Source: an uncultured Acidobacteriota bacterium
GTDB taxonomy: Bacteria > Acidobacteriota > UBA6911
DNA: 61,101 nucleotides
Reading direction: 5' to 3'
Assembly: GCA_964586015.1 (NCBI GenBank)
Contig: CAZPHK010000004.1
Coordinates: forward strand, 1-61,101
Made by a program: the position numbers and the translations under genes. Each line of letters starts with the position of its first letter. Position 1 is the first letter of the stretch. Below the pieces are notes generated by a model. It saw only the letters and a program-made list of their open reading frames with translations, was not told the DNA's origin and searched no databases. Shown here one piece after another: positions 1 to 9,919 of the stretch.

Positions 1-291
1 GTCCCGGCAAGGAACGCAACATTCATTTCCATCATCGTCGAGCTGTACCTGCTTTTTGCAGTTGGCGCCCTACTGCTGATTTTTACCTTTGTGAACTTTC
101 ATGTCCAGGCAAACGTTTTCTCTATTCCTTCATTGATCCGGCTTGTGATTATTCTGTCGCTGGACCTGGTTATGAGATACGACAGCTACATCCGTGGGGA
201 TGCCAGCCCACCGGGCTTCTGGGAGTGGTTTTTCAAATTCCTGTACAGAACGATTTCCAGGTTGCTTTCGCGGAAGACCGCGGTGCGTTGA
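1..291 (+). CDS. C-terminal part of a hypothetical membrane protein (5'-truncated by window edge)
   Basis: Frame 1 is open from base 1 to TGA at 289-291; hydrophobic stretches (FISIIVELYLLFAVGALLLIFTFV). Confidence 0.55.
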   Translation, partial: VPARNATFISIIVELYLLFAVGALLLIFTFVNFHVQANVFSIPSLIRLVIILSLDLVMRYDSYIRGDASPPGFWEWFFKFLYRTISRLLSRKTAVR

Positions 292-312
292 TGCCTGTAT
301 TCGAATCCGGCG

Positions 313-936
313 CTATTGTTTTCTATAGACCTGTTTCTGGACAGTCCGGATCGTAGGAACTCTACTCTTTACCGACATGCTGTTCGATATTTCCAGTTTC
401 AGCGTCCGGCCGTCTTTCGAAAGGGAAAACTCTTTTGTCAGGGTGCTTTCCCCTTGAGGATAGGGTGTTTTGATTTCGAGCTTGATCTTCCTTTTCTTCG
501 AGCTTGCTTTGACCGTCTGCTCGACTCCTTCCGGAGTATCAGGTATTTGAACCGTTTTCTCGCGCTTCTTTCCGTCGAGAATATAGCGATCGGTAATCAA
601 CGTTTCTTTTCCATTGACGTTAATCCTGGTGATGATTGTTATCGCGTTCCGGGATTGTTTGATGACCAAAGGAGCATTCGGGTCCTGCTGCTGCGGCCGC
701 ACGCCTCCTATGGGAATGCTTACGGAGTATCCGCTGCCACCCATTCCGCCGCTGCCCCTGCTGACGTCAACAGGTGTTCCCCCCATGTTCATTATGTTGA
801 CAGGCTTTGGAACGGGATCGCTTTCTTCGATGTCGAGAATCCACGTTCCGGAAAAATCGGAGTTTCCGTCTTCCGCCCCTGCATTCAGCGCCAGGAATAG
901 TACCGCCAAACCACAAGCAACGGCCGAGGGTTTCAT
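313..936 (-). CDS. Secreted hypothetical protein (beta-rich, with a Gly/Met-rich loop)
   Basis: AGGAGG RBS before ATG at 936; signal peptide MKPSAVACGLAVLFLALNAGA; DFSGTWILD motif like lipocalin-type barrels; internal GGMGGSG loop. Confidence 0.75.
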   Translation of the reverse strand: MKPSAVACGLAVLFLALNAGAEDGNSDFSGTWILDIEESDPVPKPVNIMNMGGTPVDVSRGSGGMGGSGYSVSIPIGGVRPQQQDPNAPLVIKQSRNAITIITRINVNGKETLITDRYILDGKKREKTVQIPDTPEGVEQTVKASSKKRKIKLEIKTPYPQGESTLTKEFSLSKDGRTLKLEISNSMSVKSRVPTIRTVQKQVYRKQ

Positions 937-1005
937 GGGATACCTCCTTTTGCGTTTTCCTTGCATTATACGCTTTTTTAATCTGAAATCAGGCTGTATC
1001 TCGGA

Positions 1006-1344
1006 CTAGCCGATCGGTTTGTATTTTCTCGGATCCTTAGGATTTTTCGGCTTGTATGAATAGGGCTCGGGTGAAGGCACATGGTCCGCCATAGGCGGAG
1101 AGTAATTATAGTCCCGCGGACGATTCGCGGAGTCTTCGCTGTCCCGACGGATTTTTTTTGCTATGTTGACGATAAACGGAACTACAAAGAGTAACGGTGC
1201 ATAGGCTTTATATTCAAGGGGCAACAGCGCACCGAGCAGGAATACTCCCGCCAGTATCAGGGCATTCAGCTGCCACGGCTTCCGGGTCTTTTCCGGGGCA
1301 TCCGGGGTGTTATCGTTTCCGAAGAGATCCTTTTCTCCCGCCAT
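1006..1344 (-). CDS. Small hypothetical membrane protein (2 TM, Pro/Lys-rich tail)
   Basis: GGAGG RBS upstream; two hydrophobic segments; same orientation as the preceding gene. Confidence 0.65.
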   Translation of the reverse strand: MAGEKDLFGNDNTPDAPEKTRKPWQLNALILAGVFLLGALLPLEYKAYAPLLFVVPFIVNIAKKIRRDSEDSANRPRDYNYSPPMADHVPSPEPYSYKPKNPKDPRKYKPIG

Positions 1345-1453
1345 GTTTCCTCCAGATAATCTTCATTGCAATATACCCCCGCATCCAGTGCTCCATCAAC
1401 CTGTGCGAGATATATCCGGCAAAGTGCCGGGATATGAGGTAAAATCGTGCCCT

Positions 1454-1849
1454 ATGCAAAACGAGGATCATATACTGGAATTGCGTGTTTACCTGGAAGA
1501 CACCGATGCCCAGGGCATTGTGTATCATGGCAACTATCTTCGTTATTTCGAACGCGGGAGGAGCGAGATTTTCGAATCGCTCGGGATCCCGATGGACCGG
1601 ATAGCCCGGCCGGATTGCAGGCTGGTAGTATACGAGGTCCGCATCAAATTCCGTCGTCCTGTCCTGTTCGGGGACAGAATCGAGGTATTGACTTCCATGC
1701 GGCGCGAATCGGCGTACCGGCTCAGCTTCCGGCAGGGGATCAGGCGCAAGGGAGAGACCGAAGCCCTTGTGAGTGGTGAAGTGGATGTGGTTGCCATCGA
1801 CGGCAACGGCACACTGATGGAATTGCCCGCGATATTCAACCCGGCATGA
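1454..1849 (+). CDS. Acyl-CoA thioesterase, YbgC/FadM (4HBT hotdog) family
   Basis: VYLEDTDAQGIVYHGNYLRYFERGR signature; start moved to ATG 1454 after GAGG. Confidence 0.9.
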   Translation: MQNEDHILELRVYLEDTDAQGIVYHGNYLRYFERGRSEIFESLGIPMDRIARPDCRLVVYEVRIKFRRPVLFGDRIEVLTSMRRESAYRLSFRQGIRRKGETEALVSGEVDVVAIDGNGTLMELPAIFNPA

Positions 1850-1908
1850 ACCGGAACCGTGTTTTCCGAAGATAAGGGAAGTTCTTTCGAATGCAATAAA
1901 GAGCTTTG

Positions 1909-2841
1909 TTATTCCGGTTCGGATTGTTTGATCTTTATCAGAGGAAACCGGACCTTTCCATTAACCTTATTTATAAGGACGGCGGCGGAATAGCCCTGGG
2001 GATGCACCAGCCTGGCGTATAAATCCAGATCGTTGTCCGGATCGTCCTTCGTAAAATCGACAATAAACCCGTCGTCGACAATTATGTCGATTGTCAGATC
2101 CAATACCTGGTAGTCTTTAAGAAAACCTTCTATATGCATGTTCTCCCTGGCCGGCACTCCTATATGCGTCAGTTCCTTTAAAATACTTTTCTTTACCGCG
2201 GAATAATCGAATTCGTATTTTGACTTTTCAATGGAGTCCTTTACTATATCAAATATCGTATCAATCTCCCGGGAAGATAATTGGGAAGGAGTGGGAATAA
2301 TTTTCAGCGCTCTTTTAATGAACACCTGCGTGATGTAGTAATTATTGTCCCCTGCGGTCTTGTAGACGCCCACGCCTGTTTCGGTTACATCGGCGTTCAG
2401 AATATTGTCCCGGTGGCCCGGGCTTTCCATCCAACGCCTGATGGACTCTTCCGCGATTTCCGTAAATTCGTTGCTTGTGAATAGATTTTCAGCGGAGACG
2501 GTAAAGACAATGCCGGCTTTTTCCAGGCGGTCATGGACCTGTTCTCCTTCCGGATTCACGTGCGCAAAATAATCCCTGACGGCCATATCTTCCGAATATT
2601 TGCGCGCAACCTCCGCGACGTCGGACGCCCATGTCAGCTCCGGAAGGCCGTGTTTTTTCCTGATTGCGTTCACTTTGGTGTAAATGACAGCCTCAGTGGA
2701 TTGCACGAGGCTTATGTGCGGTGCGGCGTGTGAGGAAAACGGGTACGCGCTGTTTGCTCCGATTGCGGATAAAATAACCGCCAGCAGCATCCATCCGGCT
2801 CGACTGTAAAAGCTGACTTTGGACCGGATCCGTTCTTCCAT
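1909..2841 (-). CDS. CAP/SCP-domain secreted or membrane-anchored protein with a C-terminal degenerate GxxExxY-like domain
   Basis: N-terminal hydrophobic segment; CAP motifs NAIRKKHGL, YFAHVNPEG, AENL, WMESPGHRDNIL; extra C-terminal domain of about 120 aa. Confidence 0.85.
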   Translation of the reverse strand: MEERIRSKVSFYSRAGWMLLAVILSAIGANSAYPFSSHAAPHISLVQSTEAVIYTKVNAIRKKHGLPELTWASDVAEVARKYSEDMAVRDYFAHVNPEGEQVHDRLEKAGIVFTVSAENLFTSNEFTEIAEESIRRWMESPGHRDNILNADVTETGVGVYKTAGDNNYYITQVFIKRALKIIPTPSQLSSREIDTIFDIVKDSIEKSKYEFDYSAVKKSILKELTHIGVPARENMHIEGFLKDYQVLDLTIDIIVDDGFIVDFTKDDPDNDLDLYARLVHPQGYSAAVLINKVNGKVRFPLIKIKQSEPE

Positions 2842-2920
2842 GGCAACACACCCTTCAAGTAAAGTGTAGCACCTCATAACGCTTTGCTTAAGGCGGCAAT
2901 CCGCATTTCTCAAAGGGACT

Positions 2921-4177
2921 TCAGCGGATTTCCAGCACTCCCTGCGTCCTGAGTGTGAGCGGCTGGATGCAGTCTTTCCCGAATATTGCCGTCATGAGAC
3001 GCGAATAATCCTCGAAATGATCCTTGTGGATATAGGACTGAACGGTACCGGCGAATCCGCCTCCGTGAATCCGGGACACCCCGCGGCCTCGTGACTGGAA
3101 AAAATCGTTGGATATACCGATCGCAAGCGCCGCCGGTTGAACGTTTGCGGCTTTGTCCGGAGGGACGGTGTTCTGAAGCATGCTGTTTGAAGACGCTCCG
3201 CTTTCGGCCACCAAACGCAGATAGGCGTCGAACCTTTTGGCTTTCAGGGCTTCCACCATCATGGCGACACGGCGATTTTCCGCATAGAAGTGCAGCGCCC
3301 TGAGCACGGCGCGGTCTCCGGCGTTCGCCCGGACCCTGCCGATGTTTGCGCGAAACGTTTCCTCCCCGACCTCGCGTAACGTGTTTTTCCCGAATAAGGA
3401 TGCTGCCTGCTTCATTTCATTCGGAATGGACGCATACGCCGCGGTGAGATCCGCATGACTTCCTCCGGTATCGACGACAACGAGAATATAGTCCGTTTGA
3501 CCGAAATCCACAGGGACCTTTTCAATAGCCGGGTTTTCGTCGTCCTCGAAATCGATGGCCAGAACGCCGCCGACTGCGGACGCCAATTGATCCATTAGAC
3601 CGCACGGCTTGTCGAAATGGACATTCTCGGCATACTGCCCGATTCTGGCTAATGCAACCGGATCGATCGCGCTTTCGTTATACAACGCGTTAAATATTCC
3701 GCCGATAAGAACTTCGAAGCCGGCCGAGGACGAAAGTCCTGAACCGATGGAGACATCGCTGTGAACGACTGCGTTGAAACCTCCTGTTTGAAATCCCCGC
3801 TTTTTCAATCCAGCCGCTACCCCGCGGATCAGGGCGTCCGTGGTTCCTTTCTCCTCTTTTCTCGGATCAAGTGAAGAAAGGTTGATTTCGCACAGTTGTG
3901 GAAAGGCCGAGGACTTCAGTTTGACCTGATTGTCGGATCGGGGTTCGAATGCTCCGAACGCATCCCGGTTGACCGCGGCACAGAGCACTTTCCCATGGTT
4001 GTGGTCTGTGTGGTTCCCGCCCAGTTCCGTTCTTCCCGGAGCCGAAACGTAACGCGGCGAGTCCGGGGCTCCGAAACGTTCGGAATATTCGCGTGTCAGG
4101 GCATGATATTTTTTTCGCTGCGCACTCAGGCCGGCGGCTCCGTAGAGCTCAACCAGCCTGTCGTCCTGTATGCCCAT
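2921..4177 (-). CDS. galK: Galactokinase (GHMP kinase)
   Basis: APGRTELGGNHTDHN galactokinase signature, GSGLSSSA ATP loop, GGGFAG motif. Confidence 0.92.
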   Translation of the reverse strand: MGIQDDRLVELYGAAGLSAQRKKYHALTREYSERFGAPDSPRYVSAPGRTELGGNHTDHNHGKVLCAAVNRDAFGAFEPRSDNQVKLKSSAFPQLCEINLSSLDPRKEEKGTTDALIRGVAAGLKKRGFQTGGFNAVVHSDVSIGSGLSSSAGFEVLIGGIFNALYNESAIDPVALARIGQYAENVHFDKPCGLMDQLASAVGGVLAIDFEDDENPAIEKVPVDFGQTDYILVVVDTGGSHADLTAAYASIPNEMKQAASLFGKNTLREVGEETFRANIGRVRANAGDRAVLRALHFYAENRRVAMMVEALKAKRFDAYLRLVAESGASSNSMLQNTVPPDKAANVQPAALAIGISNDFFQSRGRGVSRIHGGGFAGTVQSYIHKDHFEDYSRLMTAIFGKDCIQPLTLRTQGVLEIR

Positions 4178-4187
4178 GGTTCTATGC

Positions 4188-5726
4188 CTACCAGAAGATA
4201 ACGTAAAGGACCAGAGTCACTGCGATGACCGCAATCCCGATGTATTGAACCGACTTTGCCAGCCTGATGTCTTCAAATCCCTCACGTACCGGCATCACTT
4301 TCGGCGACTCGAGCGGTTTCAGTATCGTAAGCAGAGCCATAATTGCCAGAATCAGAGCGAAGGTTATAGCCATTCTGTTTAAAAACGCCACGTTCTTTGC
4401 GGTGAAAAATAGGATTCCATAAATCACGGGACTGGCGATCAGGGCCGTTACCCCCGCTGACGGGGGGCTTTTCTTAAACACCATTCCGAACACGAACGCC
4501 GCGAGAATTCCGGGCGAAACGAAGCCCTGGAACTCCTGGATATAGTTGAAGATTCCCTGGAAACGCGGATTCCCCAACTGCGGCGCGATGAAGCATCCCA
4601 GAACCACGAGGACCAGCGTCATTACGCGTCCCATCGTAACCAGCGATTTTGGGGAGGCGTCTTTCTTCATGTGGCGCTTGTACAGGTCCATCGTGAATAT
4701 TGTGGACGCCGAGTTGAGCATCGAAGCCAGCGAGCTGATGACCGCGCCCGCAATGGCGGCGAAGATAAATCCGCGGACGCCTATGGGAATCAGGTGACGG
4801 ATCAAAAGCGGATAGGCGGCATCCGGCGTCGCCGCCAGCTGGTCGCTGTAAAGCTGATAGGCCATGATGCCCGGAAAAATTACAATAAACGGGATCAGGA
4901 GTTTCAGAAACGCCGCGAACATGACGCCCATCTGGCCCTGGCGAATCGACTTGGCCGCGAGACTGCGCTGTGTGATGTACTGGTTGAGTCCCCAGTAGTA
5001 GAAATTGGGAATCCAGAGCCCGACGATCAGGGCCGTCCATGGCAATACCGGGTGATCGGCGGGCAGGATCATGTGAAGACGGTCCGCGTTCGCGGTCATG
5101 AAACTGTCCACGCCGCCGACCGCGGAGAAACCGATTCCCAGTACGACAAGGCCGCCTACAAGCAGTGCGCCGCCCTGGAACAGGTCGGCCCAGGCAACCG
5201 CTTTCAAGCCTCCCCAGGTTGTGTACAGGGCCGCAATGCCGCCGATCAGCCAGACGGCGGTCCAGAGATTCATGTCAAATATCGTTTTGATTGTCAGGGC
5301 ACCGGAATAGATCACGGCTGAAATGGTCACGCCGACGTAAATGACAAGCGTATATAATGCCATCAATCCCCGCGCAGCGGTGTTGTACCGGTGTTCGAGA
5401 TATTCGGGCATTGTAAAGATGCCGCTCCTTAAAAACCGCGGCAGGAAAAAGAAAGCAACGAAAACGAGCGTAATCGCAGCCATCCATTCGTAGCTGGCGA
5501 CCGCCAGGCCGACATTGCTGGCGCCCTGACCGGCCTGTCCGACAATTTGTTCCGTCGAGATATTGGCCGCTATCAGGGACAGGCCGATCATGGGCCAGAG
5601 GAGCCCGCGGCCTGCAAGAAAGAAGTCTTCGCCCGACTCCTCCTTGCGGCTTTTGTACATGCTCACCCCGACGACGATCAGAAAGAAGAGCAGAAAGGAT
5701 GCAATATCGAAAAGGCTCAGTTCCAT
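4188..5726 (-). CDS. Sodium:solute symporter (SSS family), probably sugar/galactose
   Basis: FFLAGRGL, SLIAANISTE, YEWMAA, YTTWGGLKAV, WGLNQYITQR, AAVISS-type motifs; many TM helices; 10 bp upstream of galK. Confidence 0.93.
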   Translation of the reverse strand: MELSLFDIASFLLFFLIVVGVSMYKSRKEESGEDFFLAGRGLLWPMIGLSLIAANISTEQIVGQAGQGASNVGLAVASYEWMAAITLVFVAFFFLPRFLRSGIFTMPEYLEHRYNTAARGLMALYTLVIYVGVTISAVIYSGALTIKTIFDMNLWTAVWLIGGIAALYTTWGGLKAVAWADLFQGGALLVGGLVVLGIGFSAVGGVDSFMTANADRLHMILPADHPVLPWTALIVGLWIPNFYYWGLNQYITQRSLAAKSIRQGQMGVMFAAFLKLLIPFIVIFPGIMAYQLYSDQLAATPDAAYPLLIRHLIPIGVRGFIFAAIAGAVISSLASMLNSASTIFTMDLYKRHMKKDASPKSLVTMGRVMTLVLVVLGCFIAPQLGNPRFQGIFNYIQEFQGFVSPGILAAFVFGMVFKKSPPSAGVTALIASPVIYGILFFTAKNVAFLNRMAITFALILAIMALLTILKPLESPKVMPVREGFEDIRLAKSVQYIGIAVIAVTLVLYVIFW

Positions 5727-5873
5727 GGCTCTATTCTCCGGATGATGAACGAAAGGTTTGTGAGGAATATATAGCTGTGCCGCATCCCTGTATGTTCGAA
5801 TGTTTTATGCCGTATAAGCCGGCTCGCCGGCGAACGGGCCGGTGTAAAAATAAAAGTTATTACCGGATCTGTA

Positions 5874-5887
5874 GTAAAATCGCTTCC
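5874..5887. promoter_or_regulatory. Candidate LacI-family operator 1
   Basis: GTAAAATCGCTTCC, AAnCGnTT core, in the divergent SSS/GH2 intergenic region. Confidence 0.3.
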
Positions 5888-5945
5888 GAAATCGGGGTGA
5901 AATTTCATAATCCACCTTATTGAAACAAACGGGAGCAACCCGATA

Positions 5946-5959
5946 GTAAACGATTTTTC
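5946..5959. promoter_or_regulatory. Candidate LacI-family operator 2
   Basis: GTAAACGATTTTTC; resembles the reverse complement of site 1 (GGAAGCGATTTTAC). Confidence 0.3.
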
Positions 5960-6015
5960 AGAAAACGGGCATTCATTTTTCCCAAAATGCGGCTCAGGCA
6001 TGGAGGAGCAGACCA

Positions 6016-8529
6016 ATGGATATCAGCCGACGCAGTCTTTTCAAACAGGCGGCCGGAAGCATGGCGTTCTTATCGGTGTTGAAATCTTCTAATTTTGTTC
6101 ATGGGCAGGCGCCGGATTCAAGCAGGGAACTTCCCCCAAGGATGCGGGAAAGTTTCGACTTCGGCTGGAAATTTATTCGTGGAGATGTGCCCGGCGCCCA
6201 GAATCCCGGATTTGACGACGCCTCCTGGCGCAGCGTCGACCTCCCGCATGACTGGAGCATTGAAGGACCGGTCGATGAAACGGAGCCGTCCGGGGGGGCG
6301 GGCGGATACTTTCCGACCGGAATCGGCTGGTACCGCAAACGATTCGAGCTGCCTGAATCCTTTAAGGGCCGCCGGATCGTTGTCGAATTTGACGGCATCT
6401 ATCAAAACAGCGAAGTATGGATCAACGGGGAGTATCTGGGGAGGCGCCCCTACGGGTATATCCCGTTTTCCTGCGATTTGACGCCCCATATATCTTTCAA
6501 CCGGGAGAATGTGCTGACCGTAAAGGTGGACAATTCACGCCAGCCCGGCTGCAGGTGGTACTCCGGGTCGGGAATCTACCGGCACGCATGGCTTCTGTCG
6601 ACAAATCCGCTTCATGTGGGTTACTGGGGCACATTCATAACCTTTCCCAAAATAGCCGAAGATACGGCGACGGTGCGAATCAAAACCAGGGTTGAAAACG
6701 ATGGGCCGGTCTCTGACGACTGCACACTGCTCAGCTGCATCATCGACCGGGATGGAAATACCGTCCAGTCTGAGGAAACAGCGCAGCAAATAGGCGCCGG
6801 ACAGGAATACCTGTTCGTGCAGCAGATAACGGTAAAGGATCCCAACCTCTGGTCCGTGGAAGATCCCTGTCTCTATCGCGTTCGCAGCACGGTCCGGCAG
6901 GCGGGCCGGGTTGTGGACGAATACGATACGCCCGTCGGAATTCGCGAAGCCGCGTTCGATGCCGACAGGGGATTTCTGCTGAACGGGAAGCGGGTCAAGT
7001 TGAACGGAGTCTGTCTGCACCATGACGCGGGCTGTGTGGGCGCGGCCGTCCCCGACGCCGTCTGGGAGCGCCGTCTGAAGATACTGCGCGAAATGGGCTG
7101 CAACGCCGTCCGCACCAGCCATAATCCCTATTCCGCGGAGTTTATGGACCTCTGCGACCGTATGGGATTCCTGGTTATGGACGAAGCCTTCGACGAGTGG
7201 AAAGTCGGCAAGGGGCAGGTCCGCGGAAACGGCTACAGCAACTATTTTGATGAATGGCATGAGCGGGATGTCAAAAACCTGATTCACCGCGACAGGAACC
7301 ATCCCTCGGTAGTAATATGGAGCGCCGGCAACGAGGTCCCCGACCAGTCGCATGCCCGGGGCGCCGGGACATTGCGCAAGCTGCTCGACATCTTCCACCG
7401 GGAAGACCCGACCCGGCCGGTGACCGTAGGATGCGATCAGATCATGTCGGAACCGCTCGCCAACCGGGTCCGACCCGAGTTTCTCGCCCTGCTCGATGTG
7501 GTCGGCTACAACTACGTCGACCGCTGGCGCGATCGGAAAGAGAAGTATTACAGCATCGACCGTGAAGCGTTTCCCGACAGGCGCGTCATCGGCACGGAAA
7601 GCGGCTCCATGGGAGGCATCCGGGGCGACTACAGCGGGCTTTTCCCCTCGGAGTCTCCCGGCGGTTTTTTCGGGTACTCGCCGGGCCGGGGGATCGATGT
7701 GGAACAGCAGTGGAAGTTTGTACGGACATACGACTACGTCGCGGGCGATTTCATGTGGACCGGCATCGATTACCTTGGAGAGGCATTCTGGCCCTCCAAA
7801 GGGGCCGCAAGCGGCGTCATCGACAGCTGCGGTTTTCCCAAAGACGGATTCTATTTCTACCAGAGCCAATGGACAGACAAGCCGGTCCTTCACCTGTTTC
7901 CCCACTGGAACTGGAAAGGCAGGGAAGGGCAGTTCGTGCCGGTGACCTGCTACACCAACTGCGATACGGTGGAGTTGTTTCTCAACGGCCGCTCCGTCGG
8001 CGTGAAGGGATACGCCTTTCCCCGTCCGGGAATGGAAGAACGATGGGGCAACGTGCCGGCGCGGGCCCGGGTTCTTCGGACTACGGCCGACCTGCATTTG
8101 TCGTGGGATGTGCCCTACGAACCGGGAACATTGAAGGCGGTGGGAACCAAAGACGGGAATGTCGTCGCTACGCGGGAGGTTTCCACAGCCGGGGAACCGG
8201 CGGCCGTTGAGCTGTCGGCGGACCGGAACAACATTTCGGCTGACCGGTGCGATGTTGCGCATTTCACGGCCAGAATCGTGGATGCCCGGGGAATCGTTGT
8301 CCCGACGGCCGACAGCGAGGTGGCCTTCGAAATCGAGGGGCCGGGTAAACTGATCGGAGTCGACAACGGCGACATGCGAAGTCACGAAGATTACAGGGCC
8401 AAAAACCGGAAAGCCTTTCACGGTCTGTGCCTGGCCATAGTGCAGGCCGCCGCCGAACCGGGCCGGATTCGTCTGAAAGCCCTATCTCCCGGTCTGAAGC
8501 CCGGCTCGGCGGCAATCACAACCGCATAA
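6016..8529 (+). CDS. Glycoside hydrolase family 2 (beta-galactosidase-like), Tat-type signal
   Basis: LPHDWSIE, GIGWYRK, NGVCLHHDAG, NAVRTSHNP, DRNHPSVVIWSAGNE, WTGIDYLGE; N-terminal SRRSLFK; GGAGGAG RBS. Confidence 0.95.
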   Translation: MDISRRSLFKQAAGSMAFLSVLKSSNFVHGQAPDSSRELPPRMRESFDFGWKFIRGDVPGAQNPGFDDASWRSVDLPHDWSIEGPVDETEPSGGAGGYFPTGIGWYRKRFELPESFKGRRIVVEFDGIYQNSEVWINGEYLGRRPYGYIPFSCDLTPHISFNRENVLTVKVDNSRQPGCRWYSGSGIYRHAWLLSTNPLHVGYWGTFITFPKIAEDTATVRIKTRVENDGPVSDDCTLLSCIIDRDGNTVQSEETAQQIGAGQEYLFVQQITVKDPNLWSVEDPCLYRVRSTVRQAGRVVDEYDTPVGIREAAFDADRGFLLNGKRVKLNGVCLHHDAGCVGAAVPDAVWERRLKILREMGCNAVRTSHNPYSAEFMDLCDRMGFLVMDEAFDEWKVGKGQVRGNGYSNYFDEWHERDVKNLIHRDRNHPSVVIWSAGNEVPDQSHARGAGTLRKLLDIFHREDPTRPVTVGCDQIMSEPLANRVRPEFLALLDVVGYNYVDRWRDRKEKYYSIDREAFPDRRVIGTESGSMGGIRGDYSGLFPSESPGGFFGYSPGRGIDVEQQWKFVRTYDYVAGDFMWTGIDYLGEAFWPSKGAASGVIDSCGFPKDGFYFYQSQWTDKPVLHLFPHWNWKGREGQFVPVTCYTNCDTVELFLNGRSVGVKGYAFPRPGMEERWGNVPARARVLRTTADLHLSWDVPYEPGTLKAVGTKDGNVVATREVSTAGEPAAVELSADRNNISADRCDVAHFTARIVDARGIVVPTADSEVAFEIEGPGKLIGVDNGDMRSHEDYRAKNRKAFHGLCLAIVQAAAEPGRIRLKALSPGLKPGSAAITTA

Positions 8530-8555
8530 TTCCGCTGTTGTGACGTTGGATCCCG

Positions 8556-9767
8556 CTATTGGAAAAGCTGCGGGGCGAATTCGTAAAGATAGTCGCGCCA
8601 GTTGGCCCAGGTGTGACCGCCGCCCGATTCTTTAAAGACCGGAGAAAAACCGTGTTTCTTCAGCATCTCCACGGTTTCCCGGGTGGTCTGTATCAGGAAA
8701 TCTTCCGAGCCGGTGGCGAACCACAACAACTTCAAACCTTTTTTCAGTTCCGCATTGTCCAGCATGGCGAGATGCTCCAGCTCCCAGCTGGGTGGCGCAT
8801 CGCCTTCGGAAGGTTTGGCCTCCTGCTTTTTGGCGGGATTTCTGGGGGCCATGCCGAATACGCCGGAACTGAAAACTCCGATGTAGGAAAAAACGCCGAG
8901 ATCCGACATGGCGACGTTGAGGGTCTGCATGCCTCCCATCGACAAACCGGCTATGGCGCGGCTGCCCCTTTCATCCTGTATGCGGTAATAGGCCTCGACA
9001 TAGGGCATGATGTCGTTTATAAAATCCTCGGAAAATGCATCCACCATGCCCGAAATACCGCCTCCCCCCCTCGCGGATCCTCCGGGAGTGTGCCCCGCCG
9101 GCATGACGATAATCATCGGCTTCGCCTTCCCGGCCGCAATCAGGTTATCCATGATGAATCCGGCGCGGCCGACCGTCGTCCAGGAGTCGTCGCAGTCCCC
9201 GGCTCCGTGCAGAAGGTAAAAAACCGGGTATTTGCCGGAACCCAGCTCGTATCCGGGCGGAGTATAGATGTGCATGCGGCGATGACTTTTCAGGGATTTG
9301 GAGTAGTAGTAGATCTCCGCCACCGCGCCGTGAGGAACGGTCTTCATTTCCATGAAGTCCGCGCCCGGTATATAGAACATGCTCCAGACGTTGTTGTTGG
9401 ATTCGCTGGTGGACGTATTGCGCGGATCCACGACGGATGCTCCGTCTACCGTAAAAACATACCGGTAAGCACCCGGAGGAATCGGTCCGACTGCGGCTTC
9501 CCAAACGCCTTCGTCGTTTTTTGTAAATTTGGGTGCTGCCTGCATCAATCCCGGAATGTCGGAACCCTGCAGCCCGACGCTTGCAGCATCCGGTGCAAGA
9601 ATACGGAACACAACACTGCCATCCTCCATTACCTCGGGAGAATTCACCATCGGTCTCTGGGGAAAACTGGGTTTCTTTTCCTGCGCAAAGACGCCGACGG
9701 ATAAAGCCGAAATAATTACAGCCGCGAGTAACACAGCAAAGGTTTTCTGAAAACGGATACGAGTCAT
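8556..9767 (-). CDS. Secreted esterase (N-terminal Ig/CBM48-like domain plus alpha/beta hydrolase; CE1-like)
   Basis: Signal peptide; YTPPGY, YLLHGAGD, nucleophile GLSMGG, GHTW. Confidence 0.9.
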   Translation of the reverse strand: MTRIRFQKTFAVLLAAVIISALSVGVFAQEKKPSFPQRPMVNSPEVMEDGSVVFRILAPDAASVGLQGSDIPGLMQAAPKFTKNDEGVWEAAVGPIPPGAYRYVFTVDGASVVDPRNTSTSESNNNVWSMFYIPGADFMEMKTVPHGAVAEIYYYSKSLKSHRRMHIYTPPGYELGSGKYPVFYLLHGAGDCDDSWTTVGRAGFIMDNLIAAGKAKPMIIVMPAGHTPGGSARGGGGISGMVDAFSEDFINDIMPYVEAYYRIQDERGSRAIAGLSMGGMQTLNVAMSDLGVFSYIGVFSSGVFGMAPRNPAKKQEAKPSEGDAPPSWELEHLAMLDNAELKKGLKLLWFATGSEDFLIQTTRETVEMLKKHGFSPVFKESGGGHTWANWRDYLYEFAPQLFQ

Positions 9768-9829
9768 GGAAACTCCCTTTCTCTGGATTTACGCTATTAT
9801 TCAGTTTCAGCGGTCATCGCTCCATTTAT

Positions 9830-9856
9830 TTACACTTGTTTTAAACAAACGTGTAA
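9830..9856. promoter_or_regulatory. Imperfect palindrome in the divergent esterase/GH3 promoter (candidate TetR operator)
   Basis: TTACAC-TTGTTTTAAACAA-AC-GTGTAA: inverted outer arms and a near-palindromic core. Confidence 0.35.
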
Positions 9857-9919
9857 TATCATCGGATTGTGCTTCGATTTGCTTTCCTCTGTCAAGACAG
9901 TTCGATATCGGGAGGGATT

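Noticed and set aside
6535-8421. 628-aa antisense ORF (likewise 9830-11722, 14104-15459, 25971-27971, 48841-50235, 51356-52549)
   Set aside because: Each lies opposite a gene with clear family motifs and has none itself; typical shadow ORFs from codon bias.
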